From: Spizellomyces punctatus DAOM BR117
Lineage: Eukaryota
Assembly (NCBI GenBank): GCA_000182565.2
Contig: KQ257451.1
DNA: 64,000 nucleotides
Strand: one strand, 5' to 3'
The position numbers and the translations under genes were made by a program. The notes below the pieces were generated by a model. It had not been told where the DNA came from, did no database searches, and saw nothing but the letters and a program-made list of their open reading frames with translations. Positions 44,928 through 58,200 of the stretch are shown here, piece by piece; the first letter of the stretch is position 1; every line of letters starts with the position of its first letter.

Positions 44928-45380
44928 ATGATTACAGTTTTGCGTGCCCTCATTCTTTTCCTTGCATTCGGGTTATGCACTTGCTCGCCTGCCCCCACTG
45001 CAACCTTACCCACTGCCCTGCCACGAGCGGCATCTCCCAACGGAACTCGGCTTTCAGATTGTCACATCCCTGCTAACATCTCATGCACAGACACCAGTAT
45101 AGCCAAATGCGCCAGGCAGGTCCAAGGTCCTTTTGCACATGGGATATCCGCGTTCTCGGCTACAATCTGCAAAGATCCGAAGAAAGCGGAGCCATATTTA
45201 CGCTGCCTAGCTTGTGATTGTGCACAAACGGTCATTGGGGTATGTGCTTTCCCCTTCAAAGTGTTTCAGCTATTAAGCTTTTGTTTCCATGCACAGATCA
45301 AAGTCCTCCAGAGACTAACGCCGGATGTATGCGGACAAGCCATTGCACAGGTGTTTGGTAATCCCCGCCGTTTGAATTAG
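44928..45380 (+). CDS. Small secreted cysteine-rich protein
   Basis: Signal peptide MITVLRALILFLAFGLCTC; 8 Cys in the mature part if the in-frame gtatgt...cacag intron is removed. Confidence 0.65.
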   Translation: MITVLRALILFLAFGLCTCSPAPTATLPTALPRAASPNGTRLSDCHIPANISCTDTSIAKCARQVQGPFAHGISAFSATICKDPKKAEPYLRCLACDCAQTVIGVCAFPFKVFQLLSFCFHAQIKVLQRLTPDVCGQAIAQVFGNPRRLN

Positions 45381-45498
45381 CCGTATCTATATTTGTTCCA
45401 CCATGTACATAAAAAATACAATGCTTGTGCAGCACCGGATATTACTTGTACTCGCATGCTGACATCAATTCATAAGTTGGAGGCATGCAAACGATGCC

Positions 45499-48400
45499 CT
45501 AAGAGGACTGCACTCTTGGCATTAGTGCAGCGAGTAGCTGCGTCGACGGCTCCGCTTCTGTGAGCATTTGATAGTCGATCTTTGAGTTTGGTCGTGCTTC
45601 TTTGAACTGCTTTTCAAGGTGTGCAGCGACCTTCTCAGCACGAGAGCATCGATTTACGAAAGTTTTAAGTTGGGCTTGCTGTTGTTCCCGCTCGCGCTCA
45701 AGTGTTTTCCAACGTTGCTGCATATCCGCAAGGTGCTTTTCCAGTGTAGCAACTCGCGAGGATAACTAGTGGACACGCATGAGCAATCTGCGCGTAAGAG
45801 CGATGAAATTCGCCATCCTTTTTTACCTCGCTGGTGCGATGCTTAAGCATATCATTTTCGTTCATTAGGTACTGCCGCTCGCTGGTTAGTGTTTCGATTT
45901 TCAATCGCCAGGCTTGGAGATCTAAAAAAAACGCCGTGGCACTGTCGATTACTTTTCTAAATGCCACAGGAGGTCTGGGTGAAATTTACCTGGGATGTCA
46001 TTTAGTTGCTCCTTGCCGTTTTCCTGGGTTCCTTGGATCACAGATCTTCCTGTGAAAGGGAGAATAAAATGTAACCAAATGTGGCTTTGGTTATCCACTA
46101 CGAACATTACCTCCTGGCGTCGTTATTGTTGGTGGAGGTTCCTTCGCATTCTTATCTACGCCCCCTCCAGGTGTCGAGGCAAAGCTTGCCCACGCAGGTC
46201 TGTCGGTGGATTTACTCTCTGCACTGGATATTCTGCGACCACCGCCAGGATGAGACTGATGGATTGGATGGCGTCAACAGGTGATGGCAGCATGGCATTA
46301 CCTGGTTCCAATATCGGATTTGCTCCCTTCTGTATTTCGTCTGGATTGAGCTTTAGCATCAAAATACCGCCGCTCCATTTGCTCAGCCCGATTTTTCAAC
46401 TCGTAGTTGGCCTTCTGGAGTTCGTACCGCTCTGCCTTCAATTTATCCACCATTTCGCGCGCAAGTACATACTTTCGTTCCAACCCGTGGGTAGCCCGCT
46501 CATCAGCCATGCGTGCTTTGCGAACATCAGATCGGTCGGCGTACAGTCGACGAATCTCCGTTTTAAGCATTTGAGATGATGTCTAAGAAATAATGATAGG
46601 GGTCACCGGTGGGTGTAAGGCACGACAGCTTTCTATCATCCTTACGGTGTGGTTGAGATCATTTTCCTCTAGTTGTGTGCGAGCTTCAATCAGTTGCTTC
46701 TCGAGAGCGACCTGTCAAGTCGGGACTGGATCAGCCACGTTGGCAAACATCCTTCAGGTGCAAGGAATACCGGAACCAACATTTTTGGTTTTCAGTTCGT
46801 CTAGTACAGGCTGAAGCTTTTTCAGCTCGTTGTACAGCTTCGACGCCTCAAGTTTTTGTTCAATAGCTTCCTTTTTTGCTTCGGATATTTCGTTGGCAGT
46901 TTTGGCACGAATGGTATCCGTTATGCCCAGTTGGGTCTGTGAGCCGAGGTGTAAGAGAAAGCCCAATAATTTCTTAAATAAAGTACCTTATCCGCTTACC
47001 TTAAGGAACTGGTTGTCTTTCTCTAGCGCTGTTGCTGATTCCTTTCCTTTCAAGTTACTCTTCTGGGATTGTAACCACAGATTTTGAAGCCGCTCATTCT
47101 CCGCATGGGCTGCGGCAAGTTCTTTCTGCACGATTTGAAGTTCCATCAGATAGGAACTGGACTTGTCAACTAAAAAGCGGCGTGTGGTGTCAATATTGTG
47201 CAATAAAGTCTTGCTTGAATACAAAACAAAGACGACCTCGTTTGTGTTCGTGTATTTGGCTTTTCAGCATATTCACATCGTGCTCTTTCCGTTCCAATGC
47301 GTAAATTATATGTTTGGATTCGTCGTAGAGGCGCACATAATGGGAATTGATCTGTTCGTATCGGTCTTTGAAGGCATCTCGTTCCTGTCGTAACTCGGAC
47401 TACCGAAGCAAGCAGATCCATTTTAACCGTTTCATTTCGCATACTATAAGCATATTGAGAGCACGAAACCCTACCACCATAGTCTGCAATGCTCTCATTT
47501 CTATCCGGAGATCTGCATTGTCATGTCGCAGATTCACATTTTTGGCTTCCTCCTCTCTGGTCATTATTCGGACTTGGGCAGCCGCTTGAGCTTCGATCTG
47601 CTCTTCCTTTTTCGCAATTTGCTGGTATTTTGGTAAATAACGGAAGGAAGATAGTCCTGGTAAGTTCATATGTAATTGGCAGTAGCAAGGACAGGTCAAT
47701 GCTATACCATAACAGTCTCATTGCGAATTTTTTCTTCGAAATGTTGTTTGAGAGCATCTATTCTCGCTTTCAGTTCTGATACCGTGCTTGTTTTCCTTTC
47801 AAGTTCTTCCAAAGCAATCTAAAAGCGCATACGAACAGCATCAAAAATCTCTTGATTCCTTCACCTCAAACGGACGTTTGAGCATAGGTTCGTACCTCGT
47901 GATGTTTATTTACTCTATCCAACTCTTGCCGGTACAGAGATTCCGCAACTTGAGCTTCCACTAGCTCACTGCGAATGTCCCGGCTTTTGCTGTCCGTGGA
48001 ATTTACAGCTCCTCTAAGTGAAGCCACTGTATTATGCAGACCCTGACATTCTGAGCAATAATAGGTCAATCATAGTGATGTTAGCAAGATTGGGACAACC
48101 GAGCCCTTGCGTTTAAGCTAAACATTGCAAGTCAGCCAATATCGTACCAAGTTCCTTCTCTCTCAAGTTCCTTTCTAATTCCATCTTTTCAGCCTTCATA
48201 ACTCGGAACTCATTCTCTACCCCCATTAGTTTCTCCTTCATTTTATCTTTGCTATCTTCCACCAGTTGAAATGTGGCATCGCGCTTAGCCATGGCAGCTA
48301 TAGCATCTTCCCAGTTCTTTTCAAGGGAGCGCTTCGAATGTGCGAGCTCTCGCAGCTCACGCTGCATCTTATGGAGGGCACCTTGTGCCATGGTAGTCTC

Positions 48401-49327
48401 GCCTCGCTGGCCCGTAAGAAGATCTTCCAGCTCTTGTTTGGATTTCAGTAACTAGGGCACGTCAATTAGGATTTGCATTCTACATTGACGTATGTTTTGC
48501 TCCTCAATGCATAACTGCCTTACTTACTCCTTCGTTTCTCTTCTTTAGCTCCTCCATTTCCGCTTCAGTGGCTTTTCGTCGCTCCTCAGTTAGTTCCAAT
48601 TCCTTTTTCAACTTCTCCTCTACTCGTCGTTGGATTTTGATGCTCGAGAAGTATGCAGCATTAACTTGACCCATTTGACCGAGTTTTGTAGAGGAATCGT
48701 CTAGCCGTCGTCGTGCATCTTCTAGGGAATTGGCGAGAGACTGGAAAGAAGGTATTCGTGAGTAATCCAGTTTGGTGTCGATCATGGGAGTGTATTACTT
48801 TGTTATGCTCAATCTTTCGTGCGATCTCACGCTCTGCTGCTTCGCGATCTGTTTCGAGGATCTTCCGATCTGCTTCATTTTGTTGAAGAATATTGCGGCT
48901 AACAGAAGTGAAAAGGTAAGGATGACATAGATCTGAGATGGTCGATATCCGCCCAGACGGTCACCAATATCCATGGTCATTTTCGTGTTTTTCTTGACCA
49001 TACCCCACCCCCCATCAAAGCGAAAATTGCAATTGCAACTCACACCTTCCCCAGTCCTTCATTAAGCTTTCCCATTTCCTTCTTCGCTTTGTACAATTCC
49101 ACACCAATCTCTTTCTTTTCTTCCTCCGTCATTTTCACAGCATTTTCCTTTTCGCGGAGTTTGGCTTCGATCTCCGTCATCTGGCCGTCGACCGCCGTCA
49201 AGAGGGTCCTTTGAAAGCGGAGATAATTTGATTCCAGAACTTCATGGTCCTCCGAGGCATATATGCCCTGGCTGGAAGATGCGGTAGGTAGTGGGGGTAG
49301 GGATGCGATTGCTGAAGGTGGTGCCAT
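45499..49327 (-). CDS. CCDC40-like axonemal coiled-coil protein, many exons
   Basis: RFQRTLLTAVDGQM...KKEIGVELYKAKKEM and LEKNWEDAIAAMAKRD resemble CCDC40 motifs; continuous heptad-rich exons. Confidence 0.65.
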
Positions 49328-50008
49328 AGTTGACAGATTTTTTGACGAGATACACGATGCTCATCCAAAGTCAGATTCAACTTGTTCGCCCACCAAAATG
49401 TTCGGATTTTAGGGTCTGTTTCCCTGACCAGGAAGAGAAAATGTCCGAAAGGATCACCCTTTCTGATCAAATATCATCCAACGCAAATTGCCAACAGACT
49501 CTGGTTCGAGCTTTTTGGGACACAATGGATGGTCATAAATAAGGCAGTTCGGCGGTAACCGTCGAACTTGGGTCGAAGCTTCGATGTGTTTCATTTATGC
49601 CTTCTGTTCCATGCCAAGGTCTAGCAGAATCGTGTGAGCCCTCATCATATACACCTGCACCACAACGCTGGAGAATAACAATGCTGACGGTATTGCAGCC
49701 AGCTTGAATCTATTTAAGTAGCCAGACACACGCAGAATCGTAACCTGCCTTTCCCAGTCGGCTTTCTGATTTGCTAGATTGAGAACCTGGACGACTTTGA
49801 ATGTTGAAGATCTGGAGTGCATATTCCACCATCATTGAACTAACTCAAGCAATAAAATGCAGAATTTTTACAGGTCAATATAGGTAAACCCCAAATACGT
49901 GCACCCTACTTTAGTATAAGTGACAAGATACACCCTAAGCTAAATATCCCAGGCTACGATTTGGAAGAGATAACGTGCTGGATACGAATTTGCCGATGCT
50001 CTCAGGAC

Positions 50009-52040
50009 TCAGTAAATACCCGGGATCAATTTGTATGGGACAGCTTTGCAGTATTCATCCCAATACTTTCCGTATTTGCCCTTGCATCTCTCTTGGTCAC
50101 GCTGAATACGTTGCAGTAAAAGAATTGTCATGTATATGATGTAGAAATGGGGCAGGAGGTATTGGAATCCGCAGGTGAAGCACATCGCGGAGGAGATGAG
50201 AAGATCGCCAACATAGTTGAAGTGGCGGGATAGACCTTTTCAAGATGGGAAAGGTGTCATACTCCTGCACGAAATTGAATGGCAATGCAAACATTCACGT
50301 ACCCCAGAACCCAGAGCACAAGAGCAAACTTTTGTGTTTCTGGCCATCGGAGGTGATAAACTCAGTCCTGATGACCTTAGCATCACGGCCCCAGATCTTG
50401 CAGTGTCCGTTGGTTCGACGAACGACATCTTTCTGGTTGTTTACCGCACGGAAAATGTAGTAACCAGAAAGACCCAGAGCGAGAACAAACGTAAACCATG
50501 GCCAAGACATGTCGATTGGATGCCGGACAAGGAAGTGAGATTGAAGAGTATACTGGAAGATACTGGCATTAGACCGTTAAGAGAACCATGTTATCGAATG
50601 AAGCTTACCATGAAGGGAAGCCAGACGCTGTCTCCCCATGATAAGTCTACCCAAGACAAAACCTCTACATTAGGCCGGCATTCAATCGATTCAGCCGTGA
50701 ACATTCACTTACAGAATCCAAAGTGATCATGGGCAATATCTGCAATTTTACAATAAGAAATCAAAAGAGCAGCGTCAGTCGTATCGCCTGTGATGCATGA
50801 CAACGCTTTCTTTTACCAATTGTTCTCAAGTACCAATCCTATTGTAAATGCAAAATGGTCAGAAAACGAATTAAGGAAATTTCAAACAGTGGAAAACCTA
50901 CTTCGTGGATGAAAAAATCGATCACATATACAAAATGCAAGAAGTTCAAAAGAACCATCGAGTTAGTCACGTAGCCGATTTGCTGCCACTGAGCTGCTGC
51001 GAAGGAGAAGTTGATCAAGGTCCAGGCGACAATACCCGGCCGCCCATTGTGAAAGAGCTTAAAATCAAAGTATTCGCCGAATCGCGGATTGAATTCGATG
51101 CCCATGTACAGATCATAGATCATCGAGCCAGAGAACTTGCGATCCTCCGAATGGGAGGGCGCGACATGGGCTTTGAGGTATGAAAAAAATGTCAGGAAGT
51201 AACCGTAAACGTTGGCAGCGACAAGAAGCCCGCCCCAGTTATCGTAGATGATGGACGCGGGAAAGAGGCCGAGACCAAGGGAAGCGCCAATGAAAAGAGC
51301 ATGCGTGACAATCCAAGCAAAAAGACCGTTGACCTAAGAGCAACCGACAGTTAGGACAAACGAAGGAAGCATTACAAACTTTCATTGCGAGAAGTAAGTT
51401 CGCTTACAATGTATGGAAGGGTGTAGCCCGCCGGGGTGGTTTGACCGTACCCAATCTTGCCTGGCAGATACGAATACAAAAGACCTTGGAATAAGAGCCA
51501 TCCAAAGAATAATCTGAATGCTCCTGCAAAATATCAATTGCGCTCCCATCAATTTCCTTGCTGTTGCTGTTCACTAGCTGCTAGTATAACCCACCGGCTG
51601 ATGGTCTTGGGAAGTGGTCGTCCACCAGAGTTTGTACTCCTGCTACAATTGCATCCAAGGATAAACCGCCAGCGAGTACTTTCTGCATAGGCGCAGCAAG
51701 GGAGCATTGGAACGAATCGCAAGCCATCCATGTGTAGATTACGAAAAGCGGACACAGAGTCATGATGGCACCGCATATAGCAATGTTAGATATGCTGACA
51801 TCTACGGATATGGAATTCAGGTTCTAGCGTGAGTGATGATCGTAGTTTTGGCAGTTCCTCGCTATATCGATGGGTAGGAAGCCCATTTGCGAGCTAACAT
51901 ATGATGAAGCTAATACTTGACAACCAACCTCTTGCCCTGCCCCAAGTGGTGCCAGTTTGAGCGACAAGCTCCTTAACAGAAGCGATATCTTTCTTTACTG
52001 CAGTACCGACACGTTGCCGAAGCCCTTCCTTTCCTGCCAT
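50009..52040 (-). CDS. DHCR7: 7-dehydrocholesterol (sterol delta-7) reductase
   Basis: [66 protein letters not shown] and [26 protein letters not shown]. Confidence 0.93.
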
Positions 52041-52715
52041 CTTACTTTGAAACCACACAAGACAGGATAACCAATAGGGTTTTCAATGTTTACGAAGCTG
52101 CGAGCAGTGGTCGGGTTCCCTAGTTATACGCCGTTTGGGGAATTTGGTGCTTGCGAAAAAAAAGCGAAGGACCCACCAACCCCTAAGGTGGGACAGACTG
52201 ACACACTGTTATAAGCTTAAAATCTTCCACATTAGCGTCCACCTTTGATCGGAGAAACGCACCTTAACACTCTATCATACGAGGTGGGGACGCGACGCGT
52301 CCGGACGATGGCCTGATGCGCGATCGAAATGGTCCCAATAACCGCTTGCGTTCCCCGTCCAGGGACTAGTGCCCCTTGCCGTTAAACAAAAGAAAGGTTG
52401 TAGGAAGGCAAGCCACTAATAGCTGCTCGTAGTATCGTAAAAGAATCAGGTGACTCTGACGATATCTGGACTGGTGTTCAAGCCTTTAAAATAAAGTGGC
52501 TCATATGCCTCCTAGCTTGTCCGAGCGCGACACATTTGATTAGAGGTTATAATCTGGGTGTAAAGGACCGACACGTATAGCTTTGACGGTAGGTATGCAT
52601 GTACACACATCGATGATGCAAAAACATTTTTATGTAAAGGAAGTAAGGCCAGAATAAAACTTAAATATAGTGGAAATGTAAGATATTGGATGAAATTATT
52701 GTTACATCTGTACAC

Positions 52716-54448
52716 TCATAGATCGTTGGCCAGCTCATCAAATAACGCAACAGGCCGCACAATGTTGCGGAACTCCTAGTATTGCAATCGTTCAGCATTT
52801 CGAACGCCTCGGAAATGAGATCTAGTTGTACTTTACGCACCCTCCCATGATGTGTTTTGTCCGCATGTCCCCGAAAGCCTTTTTTGCCGCCGTACGATAC
52901 CATCGAATAAGGATCGCCGTCATGAAAATAATCCGGATGTGGATGCTCGACCCGTTGGACGACAGTGAATACTTTGTCAGAAACTAGCGCATTGGTTAAT
53001 TATTAGTTTGAAGATCTTAGACACGTTCCAACATTATGGATATTACCTTTCAGACCTTCTCGTCGTCTTCGCTCCTGCTTCTGAGCATTAGAGGTATCGT
53101 AAAAGTCTGTTTCCACACGCAAGGATGGCCGTAATGGCTTTCGCAGGATTCTCTCCAGTTTTTGCCGGGGCTGCATATGACCGTTTCACAAACATTTGGG
53201 CCATCAATGGAATAGTTGTTACTTATTGGCGCATCTCGCCTTACTTACCAGGAACGGTCCTTGCGGTTGCTTGGACTGGGACTCCGCCTGTTCTTCTTCT
53301 ACTGGTCTCCTCATTGGCTTTCCCTTGAGTCTCTGTAGGCCCACATGTTCTCTTAACCATTTTCTCAGCGCATCATTGTCCTTGAGGTTTTCTTCAGGAA
53401 TATAAAGCGGTGGAAGCAGCTGATGACGGCGTGCCTGCGAGGAGCGAAAAGTAGATGATTGCCGTTGGTGGCACTTCGAACTTCTATTTTCCTCCTCTGG
53501 CTCTTGTACTTGATCTTCCATATTATATTCCTCCAAGTCTGCTGGTTTTCCACCTTCAACGTCCTCCTGCGTTGCGTGGCCCACTGCTGTCATGCTAAGC
53601 CGTGCTTTCTTCCCACCGTCATCTGCGTATACGCCGGGAACGTGCTGGGTGCCCACTAAATGATGTCTGTTGCCAGCCAATCGATCGAGAATGGCTGCAG
53701 CTGTTGCTTGCCTGTGCTCCCAGTCGGCCTGGCGTTGGGCGATACAGTGGGCCGCTAGTTGCTCTCGTATGGTGTTTATCTACGGACAGGTAAAACCATC
53801 AAGCTCGTAATAGAATTTATGCTTTCACCAGACGTCACTGCTACCTTTTCTTTCACATTTTCAATGTAAGCCTTTCGCTGGTAATAATGAAATTTGTATT
53901 TACGGCTGTAGTACCCTCGCCATCTAAGAAAATGGTCAAGCATGAGCGGCGATGGATCAGATTAAACTTTGGGCACGATAGAATTGCCTCTCAGCTCACG
54001 TTTTCTGTATTCGCACGGCCATAGCGTAGTAATGCATCATCCGCTTTTTCCTATTTCGTTCAATGACGAGACGTTCGAGGAAATTGCGACCGAGATGTCC
54101 GCGCCAATAGCGTTGAATTGTCGTTGCATTTGTGCTATAATTGTAACATTAGGTCTTCCTGATACAGTTGTCCAAATCCGGGTGCCATGGTGAAGCGATT
54201 GCTACCTACTTTAGCTTCTGCATGCGTCGACGAACGACATATCCCCTCCACACCTTCTGAACCGCCACAGCTGCTGCGTACTCTTCGTGTCGGTGGAGTT
54301 CCGCATCTCTTGAGGAACAAGATGTAAAGTTTTGTCGAGGAATCTATCGCCCTACTAGAACGATTCATATCTACCTGGACCGGGCAAAGAGGTCCTCTAC
54401 AATGTCGGTACACTGGAAATTCCAAATCCTTGCAAAGCTCAGGGCCAT
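52716..54448 (-). CDS. SPATA17: SPATA17-like IQ-motif protein (cilia/flagella associated)
   Basis: Three IQ-like motifs (VQKVWRGYVVRR, IQRYWRGHLGR, AMAVRIQKTWRGYYSRK) plus HHLVGTQHVPGVY and QGPFL. Largely missed by the ORF track; assembled across introns. Confidence 0.8.
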
Positions 54449-55284
54449 CGTCAGTTATTTCACCGAGATCACTTAGATCACAAATTAGAGCATCATCGTG
54501 GTCGCTTACACTCTCTCGGCTAAAAATAGACAATCAAGGGTTGCATGAAGCTTCGCGTTATCAAGCAATCTCAGCTGGCATTTGAACCCGCTTCCAGTTG
54601 GACGACAATACTTGTATGAAGCAGAAGACCAGCTATGTTGTACTCATTACAAGGCGCCGAGTAGCTGAGCGCACATCGTTCGAACGTGTTCTCACTTCAA
54701 ATCCCGATTTTCAATGATCGAATAATGACTGTGAATTATTGATAGAATTCTTTTCCCCTTTAACAATATTTCATCTCTAACTATCCACTTTCATCCATGG
54801 TTGAGGTATATGTACTTTCTTCTTAGCACCAAAGTGGCTCGTCAATTCGTTGTACGTTAACATTATACAAGGAGGTCTCTTCCAGTTGACAAATGGTGCT
54901 GCGCTGGAACAATATTGTAGATAAGATTACATGTAGTCTAAAGCAGATGCACTCAACGAAGAAGATATGTGCGCCAATGGATGTATCCCCTGGTTATGGC
55001 TTTAGTGCGCTTCAATAGCTTATGCTTAGTCGCGCGTCTCGTTAATGTTTTTGGGGTTGTCAAGTTGCGTAAGTTCCACCATAACACACTCGTCTATTTT
55101 GATATCTCCGTGACAGTACTACTTAAATACATATGACTGGGGCCACTGGCATCTACAGCTCTACATACATGGATATCTAACATCATAGATGGGTGCTGTG
55201 CTGGCTATCCTTGTCTGTGGGGGTATATTCAGGATGAGCCAGCGCCAACCTGCTGTTGTCTGTATTTCCTCCGTAATAGGCGGA

Positions 55285-58200
55285 TCATGACACTGGAGAA
55301 TGATTCTCCTTCGCTATGGGTTCTTCCTCGCCGTCCCTTAGCGCATCTACAAGAGACGCACTTCCTCTGCCACCGTGGTTGACGGCAACCTGATCATTTT
55401 GTCCCACTTCCTCCTCCATGGCAGAGAGTTTAGTTGGTTCTCGAGAACCATCAGTACATTCATCTGAAGTTTCCAGGAAGGGTACTTTTTCAACATTTTC
55501 AACATTTACGAAGTCGCCATGGATGGACTCTGACGTCACCGATGCAGAGTCTTTATCGGTACCTGAGGCCTCTCGCGGATTTCCTTCCTCGGGACCCAGA
55601 CCCTCGTCATGCAACTGATTTTCGGGATCTGACACGATGTGATCTAATTGGGTGGGTAGTGGTTCATTTGCCAATTCCTTTTGTGCAGGGATGGATATTG
55701 CGTTGGATAGAAGATCGCCCGATCGGACGACCTCCTCCTCCTCCTCAATCGGCCGCTCCGGTTGCTCGAACGATTCATGAATCGGTGATTTCAAATCGTT
55801 TGATCCTTCATGCTTGGTGACCTTCTCGACAAATGTATCAAGAGCAAGAGGCTCTTCCGTGGCGGGATTGATCGGCATATCTGTTTCAAGATTCGCTGTA
55901 GAAGCAGCGAAGTCTGCGGCTTGGCAATGCTCGGGCGCCGTAGTTTCGTCGTTCACGTCGTTTTGCAATTTAGAAACCTTGTCGATCGCTACGACAGGAT
56001 GTTCCTCCAAAGTGGTATCTAGTGCATCCAATTCATCCTCCGTGGAGGGCACATCACCAAGATCCTCGGCATCCTGGGTCACTTCTTCGGCGGGTTCACT
56101 ATCGAACGACATCCCACCTTGGCTTTCGTCTGGAATTTCTGCTTCTGCTTTAGATGTGGAGAGATCGACCTCATCCTCCAAAAGGGGTTCACCATCGAGT
56201 GACTCGGCCACCTGATTCTCGGCGAGAACTTCTGCTTTGGAAGTCGACAGATCAACCTCATCCTGGGAAACGGGTTCAGTATCGAGTGGCTCGGCTATCT
56301 GATTATCGGCGAGAACTTCTGCTTGAGAAGTTGGGAGATCGACCTCATTCTCAGAAACGGGTTCAGTATCGAGTGGCTTGGCTACCTGATTCTCAGCCAG
56401 AACTTCTGCTTCAGAAGTTGGGAGATCGACCTCATCCTCCAAAAGGGGTTCACTATCGAGTGGCTCGGCTACCTGATTCTCGGCTAGAACTTCGGCTTCA
56501 GAAGTTGGGAGATTGATCTCATCCTCGGAAACGGGTTCACTATAGAGTGACTCGGCCACCTGATTCTCGGCGAGACCTTCTGCTTCATCCTTAAAAACGG
56601 GTTCACTGTCGAGTGACTCAGCTAGAACTTCGGCCTCAGAAGCTGGGAGATCGACATCATCCTCAGAAACGGGTTCATCATCGAGTGACTCGGCTGAAAC
56701 TTCTGCTTCAGAAGTTGGGAGATCGACCTTGTTCTGGGGAGCAGAAAGGGTTTCCGAATTCTGCTTTCCATCACGTGCATGGTCAGCGGGTGCTTCGGTG
56801 AATGTCTCTGTGCCTTCCTGTAGGTCAACTGTTTGGCTTGTCGTGGTTGAGTTTCGCCGTATTCTGTGGTCCTCTTCGTCCACTTCGTCAGCAGGTACCT
56901 GATCGGCTGCTTCCCCTTCCGTTTCTTGGTCAGTCGCTACCTTCATGGATACGTCGGTATCCGCAGTTGTTGTCTCACCGCCTTCGAATGCATCAAGTGA
57001 TTCAGGCGATACAATTGCCTGGACACCAGCTTCGCTGCTTAGGGGATTCTGGCGGAATATACTGTCCTGCTCTGGATTTGCTGCACCGCCCATCGCTACT
57101 TGGTCGGCCGTTCCAAGATCCTGCGCAATGTTTTGCGCCTCCGACGATGAATCGGCCCAACCATTGTCCTCGCAAGCAGACGACCCGAGTCCGCCTTCTG
57201 CAGGCTTGGGAAGGGTCGGGTCATGCGTCAGATTGACAAAATTCTCTACAAAGACATCTGGCTTTGGGGCGTCTGCAGGCTCGGTGTCAGCAACTGATAT
57301 TGCGTGTTCGACGTCCACAGAAAGGACTTCCGGGGAAATCTCCGTTGCAACATCAGGGAGCTCTTCCAGGATATGAGCACCGAGTGGGTCGTCTGTCTGG
57401 GATGCGATCGCGGTAAGTTCGGGTTTAGTCAGAGGAGCACCTGGTTCGCCGTCCAAACATGGAATTTCTGAGGGAATGAGGGGAAGTGGCTCATCCACAA
57501 GTATCTCTGTCCGCGAATTGTCGGCGGGCAAAGTCACGAGAAACTCTGGAAGCTCTGTTTGATCTATCGTTTTCGACGTAGCCACTTGGGCGTTTTGAAG
57601 CTCCCAGAGAGATTTCTCCAAAGATTGCGTATCAGTTATTTCTGTTTCCAAAGGCTCATACACGACAAGATCTTCGGCTACGCTTGGCGATCTCTCAAAC
57701 AGTAACTCGGTGTCATGGAGAGCTGTGCTATCCAAACCTCGGGGGACCGACAAGCGTTCTTCAATCACTATACCACCCATCAGCTCAATATCGTGCGCGA
57801 GCTCAGATAACTCATTTTCCACTGAGAGACTTCCGTTATCGGAGCCAATGTCCATCCGTGATACACTATCGTCGAACGCCACAGGTTCCCTACAGGGAAG
57901 AGTGTCCTGTTTTTCTTTCGGTACCGACTCTGGCGCATGGGCTATTTCGGGCACCTCTTGAGCGGGTCCATCTTCGATTACAGTCTCCCCAGATGGGACA
58001 TCGATTACCCCCGTACCATCGAAAGCACTCGGTATCTTCGAGCTTCCTCCCAATTCGAACGTCGCAGCATCCGCGCTTTCATTGCGAGGTAGTGATTGCC
58101 TGAGTTCGGTATCCACCTCGGTAACTCTATCCACTTCAACTGGTCGTTCCGAATTGAGAGCTGCTTTGTTCGATGCAGCATTTTCGTGTAACAACGGTTC

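Noticed and set aside
49547-49559. Possible RFX X-box upstream of the CCDC40-like gene
   Set aside because: Only a half-site (GGTAAC) matches, and no equivalent was found at SPATA17.
55180-55284. Coding-like sequence (HDPPITEEIQTT) just past the nudE stop in a shifted frame
   Set aside because: Too short to distinguish a frameshift or alternative exon from chance.
56145-56730. Regularly spaced repeats resembling a CRISPR array
   Set aside because: The whole unit repeats with no unique spacers, it is in frame inside a eukaryotic CDS, and no cas genes are present.
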